Positions 18,406 to 30,444 of a DNA stretch of 64,000 nt are shown in pieces. The notes beneath the pieces were generated by a model, which made no database searches, had not been told where the DNA came from, and was given only the letters and a program-made list of their open reading frames with translations. The stretch is taken from the NCBI GenBank assembly GCA_963717145.1, contig OY970325.1, positions 608,001 to 672,000 of the forward strand, given 5' to 3'. A program made the translations under genes and the position numbers. The first letter of the stretch is position 1. Each line of letters starts with the position of its first letter. This stretch comes from an uncultured Armatimonadetes bacterium. GTDB lineage: Bacteria; Armatimonadota; UBA5829; DTJY01.

Positions 18406-20673
18406 ATGTCGAAGCTCTGTGGAATCACTCTGGCGTTCGTCCTGGCGTCGGCACTCGCCGGTGAGACTTACTACGCCAACTCCATCGGCGGGGATGACGG
18501 GAACAGCGGAACGAGAATATCGACTCCCTGGAAGACGGTGGCGAAGGTGAGTTCGATGACGTTCGGGCCGGGGGACAGGGTCCTCTTCAAGAGAGACGGC
18601 CAGTTCACCGGCACGCTGACTCTGCACGGGAGCGGTACATCGGCGAGCCTGATTACCGTCGACGCATACGGAACAGGGAACAAGCCGGTCCTCATCGGAG
18701 ACGCGACCACGGACAGTGTCGGGGCCATGCGTTTGGAGGACCTCTCCTGCTGGTCGATCCGCAATCTGGAGATCCAAGCGCCGTGTACGAGCGGCATCAT
18801 ATTGCGGGGTTGCACCGGTGTGACCGTGCGGGAATGCGATTTCACGAACATTGAGTATCTCCCCCCACGTATGCCGGAGGGCGCGGACGCATGGGCGGTC
18901 AGCATCAACGCAGGGGCGACGGACGGCTCGAACAATACCATCGCCAACTGCACGTTCAAGAAGTGCGCCAAAGGGGTGATCATCTTCGCCGGCGACAACA
19001 TCGTGCTGAGGGACTCCTACTTCTACGACGTCAGCGACATCGCCGCCCTGTTCGCCGGGCACTGCGTCGGCAAGGTCGTGACCAACAGCCGGATCACTCG
19101 GTGCGTCTTCGACTACACGAACACGACCAGCAAGGGATGGAACCCGGTGATGTTCGGCGGGACGGACAACTGCTACCAGGAGTACTGCGAAATCAAGAAC
19201 ACCCCCGGCGGAGAGTGGGACCACCAGGTCTACGATTTCGATACCAACTGCAAGAACTCGTACATCCAGTACAACTACTCCCATGACAATCGCGGCGATC
19301 TGATGCACAGCTACTGGGTCGGCGAGGCGAACGGGCCGTGCGAGTTCCGGTACAACATCTCGGTGAACGACAGGACGATCTACAACTCGGTCAAGACGAC
19401 GTACGGCTTCCAGATGTACAACAACACGTTCTACAACTTCGGCGGCAACTTCGGGCGCGATATCGTCGCCTCCGACCTGACGGACACGGTCGTCAGGAAT
19501 AACATCTTCCACATGAAACCCGGCGCGGGTGGGATCAAGTCGTTTCCCGCCGGCTCGGACTACAACTGCTATGTCAACTGCACGAAGCCTGAGGGAGAGG
19601 CGCATTCCATCGAGGCGGATCCTCAGTTCGTCGATTCGAGCAATCCTCCCTTCGGATTGCGGCTTGCGTCGACCTCGCCTTGTAGAGATGCAGGCGCTCC
19701 TCCCGATGATCGCTGGCGGACCGGCAATCTGGCGCTCCATCGTGCAGTCACATCGAGCAGCTCCGTGGAAGACCGCGACTGGTCCGTCTCCAAGCTGGTC
19801 GACGGCACGATCAACACCGAGCCCTGGACAAGCGGGTGGCGGAGTTTTGGCAACGACAGGGTCGACCACGCCGAATGGCTTACCATCGACCTGGGAGCGG
19901 CGCATGATGTGAATCGGGTCATACTGCATCCAAGGAATGACTACGGATTCGTCGGCGTCGGCTTTCCGAAGGACTTCACCATCAGGCTTTCCCACGACAA
20001 CACCAACTGGACGACCGTCGTCACTCGGAGTAGGTATCCACAGCCGGGCAACTCGCCCCAGTACTTCACCTTCAGCATTCGGACCACCAGATACGTGAAG
20101 GTGACTATTACCGGGCTGAGGCAGGGCGCCGATTGGAAGTATGTAGCCTCGTTTGCCGAGATCGAGGTCCTCAATGACAGATCGCCTGTTCCACATGCAT
20201 ATCCTCCATCAGGTAACCTCGCGCTGAACAAGGATGTCATCGCCTCGCACTCCGCCGAGTCCTCGGGTTGGTTCAAGGTGAAGCTGGTGGACGGCATGAG
20301 GAGGTCGGTTCCCGAGGCGATGGGCTGGTCGAGCGATCCGTCGTGGAAACTCAATCGTCCTGAGTGGGTGAAGATCGACCTGGGCTCGATATGTAGCGTC
20401 GCCCGGGTCGATCTCTACCCGAGGAACGACGCCGGCAACGTGGGAGTCGGCTTCCCGGTCGACTGGACGATTCGGGTGTCGGCCGACGATCTGCATTGGA
20501 CGACCGTCGTCAAAGAGACCGGCTGCCCACAGCCGACCGATGGATTGGTCAGGACCTTCTCGTTTGCCGCTGCGAAGGCCAGGTATATTCAGGTATGGGC
20601 CAGAAACATAGGCAAAGATGGAGCCGGCAATCACGGGATGGCTCTTGCAGAGATCGAGGTATACGGCCGATGA
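18406..20673 (+). CDS. Secreted right-handed beta-helix protein with two F5/8 type C (discoidin/CBM32-like) domains
   Basis: Signal peptide, YYANSIGGDDGNSG..PWKT, Asn-rich helix repeats; two GNLAL...LVDG...W..IDLG...AEIEV modules. Confidence 0.85.
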   Translation: MSKLCGITLAFVLASALAGETYYANSIGGDDGNSGTRISTPWKTVAKVSSMTFGPGDRVLFKRDGQFTGTLTLHGSGTSASLITVDAYGTGNKPVLIGDATTDSVGAMRLEDLSCWSIRNLEIQAPCTSGIILRGCTGVTVRECDFTNIEYLPPRMPEGADAWAVSINAGATDGSNNTIANCTFKKCAKGVIIFAGDNIVLRDSYFYDVSDIAALFAGHCVGKVVTNSRITRCVFDYTNTTSKGWNPVMFGGTDNCYQEYCEIKNTPGGEWDHQVYDFDTNCKNSYIQYNYSHDNRGDLMHSYWVGEANGPCEFRYNISVNDRTIYNSVKTTYGFQMYNNTFYNFGGNFGRDIVASDLTDTVVRNNIFHMKPGAGGIKSFPAGSDYNCYVNCTKPEGEAHSIEADPQFVDSSNPPFGLRLASTSPCRDAGAPPDDRWRTGNLALHRAVTSSSSVEDRDWSVSKLVDGTINTEPWTSGWRSFGNDRVDHAEWLTIDLGAAHDVNRVILHPRNDYGFVGVGFPKDFTIRLSHDNTNWTTVVTRSRYPQPGNSPQYFTFSIRTTRYVKVTITGLRQGADWKYVASFAEIEVLNDRSPVPHAYPPSGNLALNKDVIASHSAESSGWFKVKLVDGMRRSVPEAMGWSSDPSWKLNRPEWVKIDLGSICSVARVDLYPRNDAGNVGVGFPVDWTIRVSADDLHWTTVVKETGCPQPTDGLVRTFSFAAAKARYIQVWARNIGKDGAGNHGMALAEIEVYGR

Positions 20674-21206
20674 TTCGGTTGCCCGAGGTCAGGATCGAGA
20701 CGGAACGCCTCCTGCTGATACCCACAACGCAGGATCACGCCGAGGTGTTCTTCAACGAGTTCACCTCTGATGTGACCGAGTTCATGTACCCTAAGCCGGC
20801 GGAGAACCTGGATGAGACCAAGCGGTTCATAGAGGAATCCTGCCGCGGACTGGAGGCAGGGATCAACTTGCACATGGTGGTCCTGGACAAGGCGACGGCC
20901 GAGTTCCTGGGATGCGTCGGCTTGCATGGTATCGGATCAGGCTGCCCTGAATTCGGCGTTTGGCTGAAGATCGGCGCTCACGGAAATGGGTTCGGCTTCG
21001 AAGCGGTGTCGGCACTCAAGCATTGGGCGGACGATAACCTGGAGTGTCAGGCGTACCTCTACCCCGTTGACTCCCGCAACATGCCATCGAAGCGGATTCC
21101 TGAGAGGCTTGGCGGCACGATCATCGACCAATACAGCGAACAAAGCATGTCAGGGAGGACACTGCACCTGGTCACCTACAAGATACCCGCCGACCACTGC
21201 CGCTGA
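20670..21206 (+). CDS. GNAT acetyltransferase, RimJ/RimL type
   Basis: IETERLLLIP, GVWL..AHGNGFGFEA, NMPSKRIPERLG. Confidence 0.85.
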   Translation: MIRLPEVRIETERLLLIPTTQDHAEVFFNEFTSDVTEFMYPKPAENLDETKRFIEESCRGLEAGINLHMVVLDKATAEFLGCVGLHGIGSGCPEFGVWLKIGAHGNGFGFEAVSALKHWADDNLECQAYLYPVDSRNMPSKRIPERLGGTIIDQYSEQSMSGRTLHLVTYKIPADHCR

Positions 21207-21319
21207 GCCTGTGACGGAGATCGAGGTTTACAACCGATGACTCTCGGATACCATTTCAGTGGCAGAACGGATGGCGGTTACTCGGATGGATAGCACAAGT
21301 CTGGTCTGGAGGTGGCGAA

Positions 21320-21784
21320 GTGGAACAGGTAACTGAACGTGAACGGAACACACCGTCGTGGGCTCCGCTGGTGATTCGGCTCGTTCTCGGCGTAGTGTTC
21401 ATTGCCCACGGGTCCATGAAGGTCTTTGGAGCGTTCGGAGGTCACGGAATGCCCGGCACGATCGGAATGGTGGAGTCGTTGGGCTTTCCCGTACCTGTCA
21501 TATTCGCGTGGCTTGCGGCGTTGGCGGAATTCCTGGGTGGTATCGGGGTACTCGTGGGCCTATTAACGAGAGTTGGGGCTGCGGCGATTGCCGTCAACAT
21601 GATAGTTGCGATCACGATGGTCCACTTGAAGAACGGCTTTTTCGCTCCACGAGGCTACGAGTTTCCTCTCGTGCTCCTTGCGATGGCACTCTCGCTGATC
21701 ATCGCTGGTGCAGGTAGTATATCGCTCGATTGGCTTCTATGGCGCTCGCCACGTAAGGAAAGCCGCAATCCACTGGGCGGCTGA
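21320..21784 (+). CDS. DoxX family membrane protein
   Basis: IRLVLGVVFIAHG, AEFLGG, GYEFPL, GAGSISLD. Confidence 0.9.
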   Translation: MEQVTERERNTPSWAPLVIRLVLGVVFIAHGSMKVFGAFGGHGMPGTIGMVESLGFPVPVIFAWLAALAEFLGGIGVLVGLLTRVGAAAIAVNMIVAITMVHLKNGFFAPRGYEFPLVLLAMALSLIIAGAGSISLDWLLWRSPRKESRNPLGG

Positions 21785-21856
21785 TGTCCTGTTTGCAGGC
21801 ATCTTCAGTACCGTTGTCGAAACATGATTCCGAATCCGGTAACGGGGGAGGGTCAT

Positions 21857-24813
21857 GTGAAGGCAAGAATCTCTTGGATATTCATTGCGATCTTGTTGCT
21901 CTCGGGTGCGGTCCGAGCAGCGGTCGTGATCGAGTCGCCGGCGGGCGCGTCGCCGATCGAACGGCTGGCGGCGATGGAAGTCCAGCGGTACATCTACCTC
22001 AGGACCGGCGACTTACCGACGATCGGGAAGGCCGGCATCGCCTCTCAGAGGATCGTAGTTGCGCGGAAGGATCGACCCCTGTCCGCCGGCCTTCCGCGAG
22101 GTCAGTTCAGTGTGCTTGGGCCGGAAGAGTATGCCCTCAGGACCACGGGCTCGACGTGGTGGATCATCGGCGGCGACGACATCGGTACTCTGTACGGCGC
22201 ATACCGATTCGCCGAGAGGCTCGGAGTGAGATTCTACCTCCACGGCGACGTGGTCCCCGACGAGCGGTTGAAGTCACTTCCGACAGTCAACGAGGACGGC
22301 AAGCCGCTCTTCTCGATACGAGGCATCCAGCCGTTCCACGACTTCCCCGAAGGCCCCGACTGGTGGAACACCGACGACTACCTCGCATATATCTCTCAGC
22401 TTCCGAAAATGCGGATGAACTTCATCGGCCTGCACTGCTATCCTGAGGGCGGCGCGGGCCCTGAGCCGTCGGTCTGGATCGGCCTCCCGGAGGATGCGGA
22501 CGGTCGCGGGCGCGTCCGATTCAGCTATCCCTCGCACTGGGCGAACACGAAGCGCCAGGGCGGATGGGGATATGCGGCGATGTCCACGAGCGACTTCACC
22601 GGCGGCGCGTCCCTCCTCTTCCCCCGGGATGACTACGGCCCCGATGTCATGGGCGACGCGCTCCCTCGGCCCGCGACCCCGGAGCAGTCGGATGCTCTGT
22701 TCGACCGGACCGCCGACATGTTTCGCACGGCGTTCACCACTGCCCATGCGCTCGGCGTCAAGACGTGCGTTGGGACTGAGACTCCGCTGACGATCCCCGG
22801 CCCTGTACGCGATCGCCTGAAGGAGCAGGGGAAGGATCCGGCTGATCCCGCCGTCATCCGCGAGGTTTATCGGGGCATGCTCCAGCGTATCTCCCGCGCC
22901 TATCCGGTCGACTACTACTGGCTCTGGACACCCGAGCAGTGGTTGGGCGGCAACAGTGAGGAGGACCTCAAAGCGACGATCGGCGATGTCAAGGCCGCAC
23001 TATCAGCCCTGGATTCGATAGGGAAGCCTTTCACGCTCGCGACATGTGGATGGGTTCTCGGTCCCGCGCAGGACCGGAAGGCGCTCGATGCCCTCCTGCC
23101 GCCGGATTCGCCGATGAGCTGCATCAACCGTTCCGTCGGCCACGCGCCGGTCGAGCCGAGTTTCGCCGGCATCACCGGGAGGCCGAAGTGGGCGATACCA
23201 TGGATGGAGAACGACCCGGTGATGACCGCGCCTCAGCCGTGGGTCGGCCGGATGCGCTACGACGCGGCGGACGCGCTCCGGCTCGGATGCACCGGTCTCC
23301 TGGGGATTCACTGGCGCACGAAGATACTCTCTCAGAATGTTTCGGCGCTCGCAGATGCAGCGTGGGACCAGTCGTGGGCGCCCGATGATTTCGCCGGTGA
23401 ACTGCAGAAGGCCCGGGAGCAGGTGGACGGCCCGATCGGCGGCCAGATCGTGACTTACGGAGCGCCGGTCGAGGGCACGGACGAGGATCCTGTCTACCAG
23501 TCGGTCCGATACAATGTCGACGGCTACCGGCTGAAGACGCCGAATGGCACATACACCGTGAAGCTCGAATTCAACGAGCCGCACTACAGTGAGGCCGGGA
23601 AGCGAGTCTTCGGCGTCAAGGTCCAGGCTAACACGGTGATCGACAGTCTGGACATCGCCAGTTGGGGGAGAACAGGGCTCACGACTTCAGCTATCCCGCC
23701 ATCAAGGTGACGGATGGAATCCTGAAGATCGACTTCGACCGCATCGTCGAGTTCCCGTGCATCGCAGGCATCGTCATCGAGGGCCGAACGGATGCCGGAC
23801 AGCCGTTCGTGCGGAAGATCAACTGCGGTGGGCCGGCCTACAAGGACTACGAGGCGGATGACAAGCAGCCTCAGGATCAATCCGACCGCCGGTCGATGCC
23901 GGTCGAGGAGTTCTATCTCGACTTCGCGCGCGCCAACTTCGGCAACGAGCGCATCGGGAGGATCCTCGCTGCCGTCGATGGCCGAGTCATGCCTGAACCT
24001 GTGAACTGGATCGGCGGTCCGGGCGGCATCGCGGTCAATACCCAGCCGTGGGAGCAGGTCAAGACGCGGTACGCCTTCGTTGACGAGCTTGCCGACGCGC
24101 GTGCGGACGTACGTGGGGCGGGGAATCTCGAGCGATTCGACTATTGGCTCAATACCTACCGATATATGGCTTCGGTCGCCGAGTTGGGCTGCCTGCGCGG
24201 GGAACTGGATGCCAAGGCCGCCGCGATCAAGGCCGCGCCTGAGGCCGTCATGCAGAGGACGCTCGCCGATGAAGCACTTCCGATCCGCGTGCGCATGGCC
24301 CGGCTCTGGGAGCGCATGATGGCGTATCAGCTCTCAGCGGTTGATACGCCCGGAGAGATGGGTACGGTCGCGAACATCGAGCAGCACAGCCGTGGAACGC
24401 TCAAGTTCCTGAATGCGCAGGATGAACTGCTGACCCAGGCGCTCGGATCAGCTCTTCCTCAGGAAACAGAGGTCTCCAAGGCGTATACCGGCGCCGCAAG
24501 GATCATCGTCCCGACGGTCCGAACACAGGTGAACAGGGGCGAGTCGCTCAGCCCTAGGGTGATCCTGCTCGATGAGGCCCTCCCGAAGTCGGTGACACTC
24601 CACTGTCGCCCATTGGGGAAAGGCGACTTCAGCAAGCGTATCTTACGTAATATCGGCCGCGCGACCTACGAGGCCGGACTCCCGCCCGCGGAAGGGTCAT
24701 TCGAGTACTACATCACCGCCGAGACATCCGACGGACGCACCCTCACCTGGCCTGCGACCGCGCCGAAGATCGCTCAGACGGTGGTCGTTTGGGATACGCC
24801 GGGGGCGCAATAG
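21857..24813 (+). pseudogene. Secreted glycoside-hydrolase-like protein with malectin domain; 1-nt frameshift near 23660 (possibly an assembly error)
   Basis: ORFs 21824-23710 and 23662-24813 join inside the malectin domain (LEFNEP..GKRVFGV..LDI / GENRAHD). Confidence 0.7.
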
Positions 24814-24929
24814 ATGGATGCAGACCGGTGGACTTGTGGTATAATGAGTGCGTGATCCCGTCGGGATACACTTCTGGAGAGATACTCGGGTTGAAACTCC
24901 CTGGGGCCGAGCGCCCCTGAAACGAGAGA

Positions 24930-26720
24930 ATGACCGACAAACCGAATCCCTCTGTGTCACACGACACAACCCCTCGACTCGTCCTGGCCACTGGCCACAG
25001 CGACGACGTCCTGCATGCTGCCTTCCTTCGCGATGGCAAGACCATCGCCAGCCTTGGCAGTGATCGCGCACTCATCCTCTGGGATGCGCAGACCGGCGAG
25101 ATGCTGCACAAGTATGACTACCCCGGACCGGATTTCTACTGGCAAGGCTTGTCCCCCGATGGCCTGCACGCAGTCGCATCGACATCGTGGAACAGAGTTG
25201 CCGTTATCGACACGCTGACCGGCAGCGAGGTCAGGGTATTCGAGGATTCGAGTCCGACACTGGCAGTATCACATGACGGCCACATGCTGGCCTGTGAAGA
25301 TGGTACCGGGATCACGATCACCGACCTTCTGACCGCCACAATCGTGGGTCGGCTGTCCCACAACGAAAAGAGGGGTATCCGATTCATGGTCTTCAGCCCG
25401 GACGACCGGCTTCTCGCAATAGCGCCTGATGCCGGGGCCGATGGCATTCATGTCTACGAGATGGCCTCTGGCCACTGCGTGCGGACACTCAAGCTACCGT
25501 CGGAAGAGGGTCAGGGGTGGGCGTATACAGAGCAGATGGACATCTCTCCCGACGGGCGGCTTCTCGTCAGTCACGGCATGAATGAAGGTGTGAGCGTGTG
25601 GGACCTGCAAACCGGCCAGCATCTGTGGACCCTTGCCGATTCGGGCGTTATGGCTGTCAGGTTCTCAGCCGATCACAGAACCCTGTTGGTCGGCAGGGTA
25701 GACGGAACCATCTGCGAGTGGGACGTGGAGACCTGGGAGACCAGGCAGACCAGGGCGGTGAGTCACCATTGGGTCAGGACTGTGGCTCAGTCCCCGGACG
25801 GCAGGTACACACTCACCGGCGGCGATGACCGCGCTCTGCATTTGTGGGATCCGCAGACCGGCGATCTCTGCAAGTCCATGGGTGGCCACGAATACCGCGT
25901 CCGCGAAAGTACCTTCGCACCCGACGGACACACACTTCTCAGTTCCAACAGCGATGGCACTCTGCGGTCGTGGGACGTGGGAACGTGCAGGCTGGTAGAT
26001 ACGACAATGACCGCAGACGGGCACGCTGACCACGTCATCGTGTCTCCTGATGGTCTTCTTGTGGCACAGGGAAACAATCTGAAGAACAGGGCCTGCTCGT
26101 TTGCATTCTCGACTGCCGTCGAACTCCGCAGAACAGACACATGCGAACTGCTTCACACACTCCGTATGCCCCATCGATCCGGCGGGCCGGTATCGGCCGT
26201 GTTCTCACCGGATGGTCGTACCCTTGCTATAGGTCATTGGGGATTCTGCGTGAGTGTGTGGGACGTCTCTACTGGAGAACTGGTCGCGAAGATCCGTACC
26301 AGAGGCGACTCTGTCGGCGCGATAGCCTTCTCGCCGGACGGAAAGACACTCGCGGTCGGAACTCACTACGATGAGGTCGTCGAGTTGTTCAGCACACGCA
26401 CCTTCAGGCGGAAACGTATGCTGATCGAGCACACGGACAACGTGAACTCGGTCGCATTCTCCCCGGACGGTAAGACCCTTGCGACCGGCACTTCGGACGG
26501 CACGATCAAGCTCTGGAATCCACGGAACGGACGGTTGCTCAACACTTTGGTCATACTTCCCTCTGCGGCCGGCATATCACGGGAATGGCTTGCATATACA
26601 CCTGAGGGATACTACACAGGCTCTGGGAACGCGGAGGAGTTCATCCGGTGGGAGGTGGATGGAGCGCTCCACCCGGGGACTCTGTACGCTGAGAAGTTCC
26701 GGCGTTCACGCTTGCCTTGA
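24930..26720 (+). CDS. WD40-repeat beta-propeller protein
   Basis: Many repeats of the type GH...V..VAFSPDGKTLA.G..DGTIKLW. Confidence 0.92.
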   Translation: MTDKPNPSVSHDTTPRLVLATGHSDDVLHAAFLRDGKTIASLGSDRALILWDAQTGEMLHKYDYPGPDFYWQGLSPDGLHAVASTSWNRVAVIDTLTGSEVRVFEDSSPTLAVSHDGHMLACEDGTGITITDLLTATIVGRLSHNEKRGIRFMVFSPDDRLLAIAPDAGADGIHVYEMASGHCVRTLKLPSEEGQGWAYTEQMDISPDGRLLVSHGMNEGVSVWDLQTGQHLWTLADSGVMAVRFSADHRTLLVGRVDGTICEWDVETWETRQTRAVSHHWVRTVAQSPDGRYTLTGGDDRALHLWDPQTGDLCKSMGGHEYRVRESTFAPDGHTLLSSNSDGTLRSWDVGTCRLVDTTMTADGHADHVIVSPDGLLVAQGNNLKNRACSFAFSTAVELRRTDTCELLHTLRMPHRSGGPVSAVFSPDGRTLAIGHWGFCVSVWDVSTGELVAKIRTRGDSVGAIAFSPDGKTLAVGTHYDEVVELFSTRTFRRKRMLIEHTDNVNSVAFSPDGKTLATGTSDGTIKLWNPRNGRLLNTLVILPSAAGISREWLAYTPEGYYTGSGNAEEFIRWEVDGALHPGTLYAEKFRRSRLP

Positions 26721-26779
26721 AGAGAGCAACGGGGAAGACCGGGCCGTCTTCCCCTTCTTTGTCACTGATGAGAGTCGGC

Positions 26780-28273
26780 TCAGCGGCGCTTGAGCCTTCG
26801 ACGCCGGCCCATGCCGACCATGCTCTTCGATACCGCCGGTCCGTTCGGGAGGGCGTGCGCGAGGATCACCGCCTGTGCGATGGTCGGGAGTTTGTCGCGC
26901 TGGTCCTTCGCGGTCTCGATCCTCTCGAGAACCGTGGGCTGAACGCCGTAGTCGAAGTTCTCGACCTCGCGTCGTTCGATGGAAGCGCCAAGGGTCTTCT
27001 CGATGTCCCGCACAATCCCGGAGTCGTCGCGCGTGATGAGAGTCATCGCGTCGCCCTCGTGCTCCATTCGACCGGTGCGCCCGATGCGGTGGATGTACGT
27101 GTCAGGTGTATCGGGGATATCGTAGTTGATCACGTGAGAGATTCCCTCGACATCGATCCCGCGCGCGGCGATGTCCGTGGCGACGAGGATCTGGCACTTG
27201 CCCGACTTGAAGTCGTTGAGCGCCTCCTGCCTCTGGTTCTGCGACTTATTCGAGTGGAGCGCCGAAGTCTTGTATCCGGCCCGTTTGATCTGAAGGGCGA
27301 CCCGGTCTGCGCGGTGTTTCGTGCGCGTGAAGACGAGCACGGAGTTCGTGTCGGTCTCATCCAGCAGCCTGAGGATCAGCGAAGTCTTGAGATGCTGCGG
27401 GCACGGATAGAGAACGTGCGCGACCGTATTTGGCGGCGCTTCGAGTCCGATGGCCACGCGCTTGGGATCGATGAGCGTGTCCTTGGCGAGGAGCATAAGA
27501 TCGTCCGCGAATGTCGCCGAGAAGAGCATGCTGTGACGCTCCCTGGGGAGATGCGAGAGCACGCGCCTGATCGAGGGCAGGAATCCCATGTCGAGCATCC
27601 TGTCCGCCTCGTCGAGCACGAGCTTCTCCACGTTGGTGAAATCGGTGTTGCGCCGCTCGATGTGATCGAGCAGCCGTCCGGGGCACGCCACAATCACGTC
27701 AGCGCCCGTTCGCAATGCGCGCTCCTGGGGGGCCATGCCGACTCCGCCGTAGACGGTAGCGGTCCTGATCTTGGTGAACTTGCCCAGCAGCTTGAACGAG
27801 TCGCTGATCTGCTCCGCCAGTTCCCGCGTCGGTGTGATGACCAGAGCCCTGGTACACGGCTTCGGGACCGGATTGCTCAGCAAATGGTGAAGGATCGGCA
27901 GCACGAATGCGGCCGTCTTGCCGGTTCCGGTCTGAGCCGTGCCGATGAGGTCACGACCGCTCAGTCCGAGCGGAATCGTGGCGGTCTGCACCGGGGTGGG
28001 GGTCTCGAAGCCGGCGGCACGGATGGCGCGCTCGAGCCTCGCGTCGAGCCCGAAGTCGCCGAAAGACGGCGTGCTGACGACGGGTTCACGATGCTCTGCA
28101 GTGGCTGTGGTGGTGGGATCCTTCTTGCGCCTGGGGTTTCGCCTGTTCCGACAATCGGAACACCGAACGGGCGGGTTGAATCCGCGCCGTTCGAAGTCTG
28201 CCTGCGATTCTGCGCTGAATGTGAACTCCTGCTCGCAGTCGCGGCAAACACATACTCTGTCCTGGTAACTCAA
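26780..28273 (-). CDS. DEAD-box RNA helicase with N-terminal CxxC-x-CxxC zinc ribbon
   Basis: AQTGTGKT, PTRELA, DEAD, SAT, HRIGRTGR; N-terminal CRDC...CSDC; TTG start after AGGAG. Confidence 0.93.
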   Translation of the reverse strand: MSYQDRVCVCRDCEQEFTFSAESQADFERRGFNPPVRCSDCRNRRNPRRKKDPTTTATAEHREPVVSTPSFGDFGLDARLERAIRAAGFETPTPVQTATIPLGLSGRDLIGTAQTGTGKTAAFVLPILHHLLSNPVPKPCTRALVITPTRELAEQISDSFKLLGKFTKIRTATVYGGVGMAPQERALRTGADVIVACPGRLLDHIERRNTDFTNVEKLVLDEADRMLDMGFLPSIRRVLSHLPRERHSMLFSATFADDLMLLAKDTLIDPKRVAIGLEAPPNTVAHVLYPCPQHLKTSLILRLLDETDTNSVLVFTRTKHRADRVALQIKRAGYKTSALHSNKSQNQRQEALNDFKSGKCQILVATDIAARGIDVEGISHVINYDIPDTPDTYIHRIGRTGRMEHEGDAMTLITRDDSGIVRDIEKTLGASIERREVENFDYGVQPTVLERIETAKDQRDKLPTIAQAVILAHALPNGPAVSKSMVGMGRRRRLKRR

Positions 28274-28433
28274 ATAAATGCACTCCTGGTCGATTCGATA
28301 GTCTATTGTCTCCGAGGCTTGAAGCGAGTGAGCCAGCCGGTCCGAAGACATCCGTGAACAACCAGGTCAGTGCCAAAGCTACGTAGCAACATCGATAGTA
28401 TACCACAATCCGCGACAAAATACCAGAGCGGGC

Positions 28434-30413
28434 TTACTTGTCCCCGACCTTGTCGATCGGCGTGAAGCCGAGCTTGAGCGCGGGGGAGTGCTTCTGCAGT
28501 CGGAAGTCGTACTTCGCAGCATCGACGAAAAGCGGATCGGCGATGATGGAGTGGACATCGAGCCCACGCGTGTGCCAGGCGTCGATGCCGTCCGGGAACT
28601 CGGCCGGACCGCCGGATGCGTTCCAGTAGAGGTTGTTGTCCATCTTGAACTTGTCGCCGGTCCAGTTGCCACTCAGCAGCGGGCCCTCGGTCCAGTACAC
28701 GATGTTGTTCTCGAACGTGAACGAAATATGCTCCTCCTGGCGAGTCCTCTGGAGTTGGTGCTCCTTTGCGAAGGCGAAGATGTTGTTGCGGACGATGTTC
28801 TCTTTGCCGTAGTGCTGATGGAATCCGCCGGTCTTGGTGTTGTAGACGATGTTGTTCTCCGCCAGGATGCCGGTGCTGCCCTCGTCGAAGTAGATGCCCC
28901 AGCCGCCATAGTGGTATGACTGCACGTCGTGAATGAGGTTGCCTCGCAGTACCGTGCCCTGCGATGGGCCGAGCGTGTAGATGCCGCCCATGTCGCTGAG
29001 GAGTCCGCGTCCGATGTCGTGGATGTGGTTGTACTCGATGATGTTCTCGACCGCCGGGCTGTAGGCATATCCCCAGCTCCAGCCGACCGAGATGCCGGTG
29101 TAGTAGAGATCGTGGATGTGATTGCGCGAGATCGTGTTGTGTCCGCTCCCGCCGATCCAGATGCCGACCGCCGAGTGATGGGTGATTCCGCCGTCGTGGA
29201 TGTGGTTCTTCGAGACCAGGTTCCGTTCGGTACGGGTATTCTCCGGCGCCTCATTGAGCGGCTCGCCGATCTTGATCCCGCCTGCGCCCATGTCGTAGAT
29301 ATGGTTGCCGATGATCCGATTGTCCTGGCAGCCGTGATAGAACTCGATGCCGTAAGTCCCGATCTTCGTGATCTCGCAGTTCTCTATCGTGCAGTTCTTG
29401 GCCCCCTTTGCGATGATCGCTCCCGGGACCTTGTATGCCGCCTGCACAGGCACAGCGCCCTCCTTCGGGAGCGTCCATCCGCAGTGCATGAAAGTCAGCC
29501 CTTTGAGCCTGAGCCGTTCGACGTACTTGCTGTTCTCAGGGTCGCCGTCGATGCGCACAAGCTGCTCCAGGTAGGGCGCGATGATCTCCGCCGTGTCGCG
29601 CTTCTCGTCGTCCATCGGGAAGTACTGCAGCACGCCGGTCGAGCGATCGAGGTAGAACTTGCCGAGTTCGTAGAGGTCCTCGCCGACGTTCTCGACATAG
29701 AACCTCATGTCCGAACTCCACGCGCCGAACTTCCAGTTGTTCGAGCCGCTCAGCTTCACGATGTGCTTCTCGGGGTCGAGGCCGGTCACTCGGAACCTCG
29801 GATCATCCCACGCGTTGAAGACGACCACTTCGATGTCATTCAGGTTCTTCCAGAAGTAGAACTGCCCTTCCTTGTAGATGAATGAGTCGCGGACATCGTC
29901 GCCCAGGGACTGGGTGATACTGTGGAAGCCGATCGAGGGCAGCCTCGGACGGGATCGCCGCTCTCCATTCACGTAGAGGTCGCGGAAGTACCATTTGCCC
30001 GTTTTGACATCGGGAATCTGCGTTTCCCATGCGCCGTCCGGATTGCGGGTGAACCCCGTGATCCGTCGCCCACCGCTGATGACCGGCTTCTCGCCTGGAT
30101 AGGCCGCGTAGGTCGTGCCGGAGTCTTCCGGGGCAAAGACCAGAGGATCGCTCAGGAAGTAGGTGCCCTCGCGGATCAGCACAGTCTTAGATCTCGATGC
30201 TCGCGTGGCAGCCTGAGCCTTCGCGATCGACGCAAACGGGCCATCGTTGCGTTGGGCGTTCGGTGCAGGCAGAGTGCCCGACCATTTGTCATTACCCTCC
30301 GTGGATACGTAGAAATCGGCCTTGGCGCTTGGCATGCAGGCTGCCTCCTTCGGGATTGCTGTCAGTGCGAGCAGTGAGACAAGCAGTGTCAGGACGCATA
30401 GACGGTGTGACAA
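28434..30413 (-). CDS. Secreted right-handed beta-helix glycoside hydrolase (GH141-like)
   Basis: [45 protein letters not shown]. Confidence 0.8.
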   Translation of the reverse strand: MSHRLCVLTLLVSLLALTAIPKEAACMPSAKADFYVSTEGNDKWSGTLPAPNAQRNDGPFASIAKAQAATRASRSKTVLIREGTYFLSDPLVFAPEDSGTTYAAYPGEKPVISGGRRITGFTRNPDGAWETQIPDVKTGKWYFRDLYVNGERRSRPRLPSIGFHSITQSLGDDVRDSFIYKEGQFYFWKNLNDIEVVVFNAWDDPRFRVTGLDPEKHIVKLSGSNNWKFGAWSSDMRFYVENVGEDLYELGKFYLDRSTGVLQYFPMDDEKRDTAEIIAPYLEQLVRIDGDPENSKYVERLRLKGLTFMHCGWTLPKEGAVPVQAAYKVPGAIIAKGAKNCTIENCEITKIGTYGIEFYHGCQDNRIIGNHIYDMGAGGIKIGEPLNEAPENTRTERNLVSKNHIHDGGITHHSAVGIWIGGSGHNTISRNHIHDLYYTGISVGWSWGYAYSPAVENIIEYNHIHDIGRGLLSDMGGIYTLGPSQGTVLRGNLIHDVQSYHYGGWGIYFDEGSTGILAENNIVYNTKTGGFHQHYGKENIVRNNIFAFAKEHQLQRTRQEEHISFTFENNIVYWTEGPLLSGNWTGDKFKMDNNLYWNASGGPAEFPDGIDAWHTRGLDVHSIIADPLFVDAAKYDFRLQKHSPALKLGFTPIDKVGDK

Positions 30414-30444
30414 CTCGGCTACCTCCAGGGATGACAAACGAAAA

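Noticed and set aside
24860-24930. TCTGGAGAGA...CCGAGCGCC upstream of the WD40 gene, resembling a glycine riboswitch start
   Set aside because: Lacks the CCGAAG and CTCTCAGG core, and the downstream gene is unrelated to glycine
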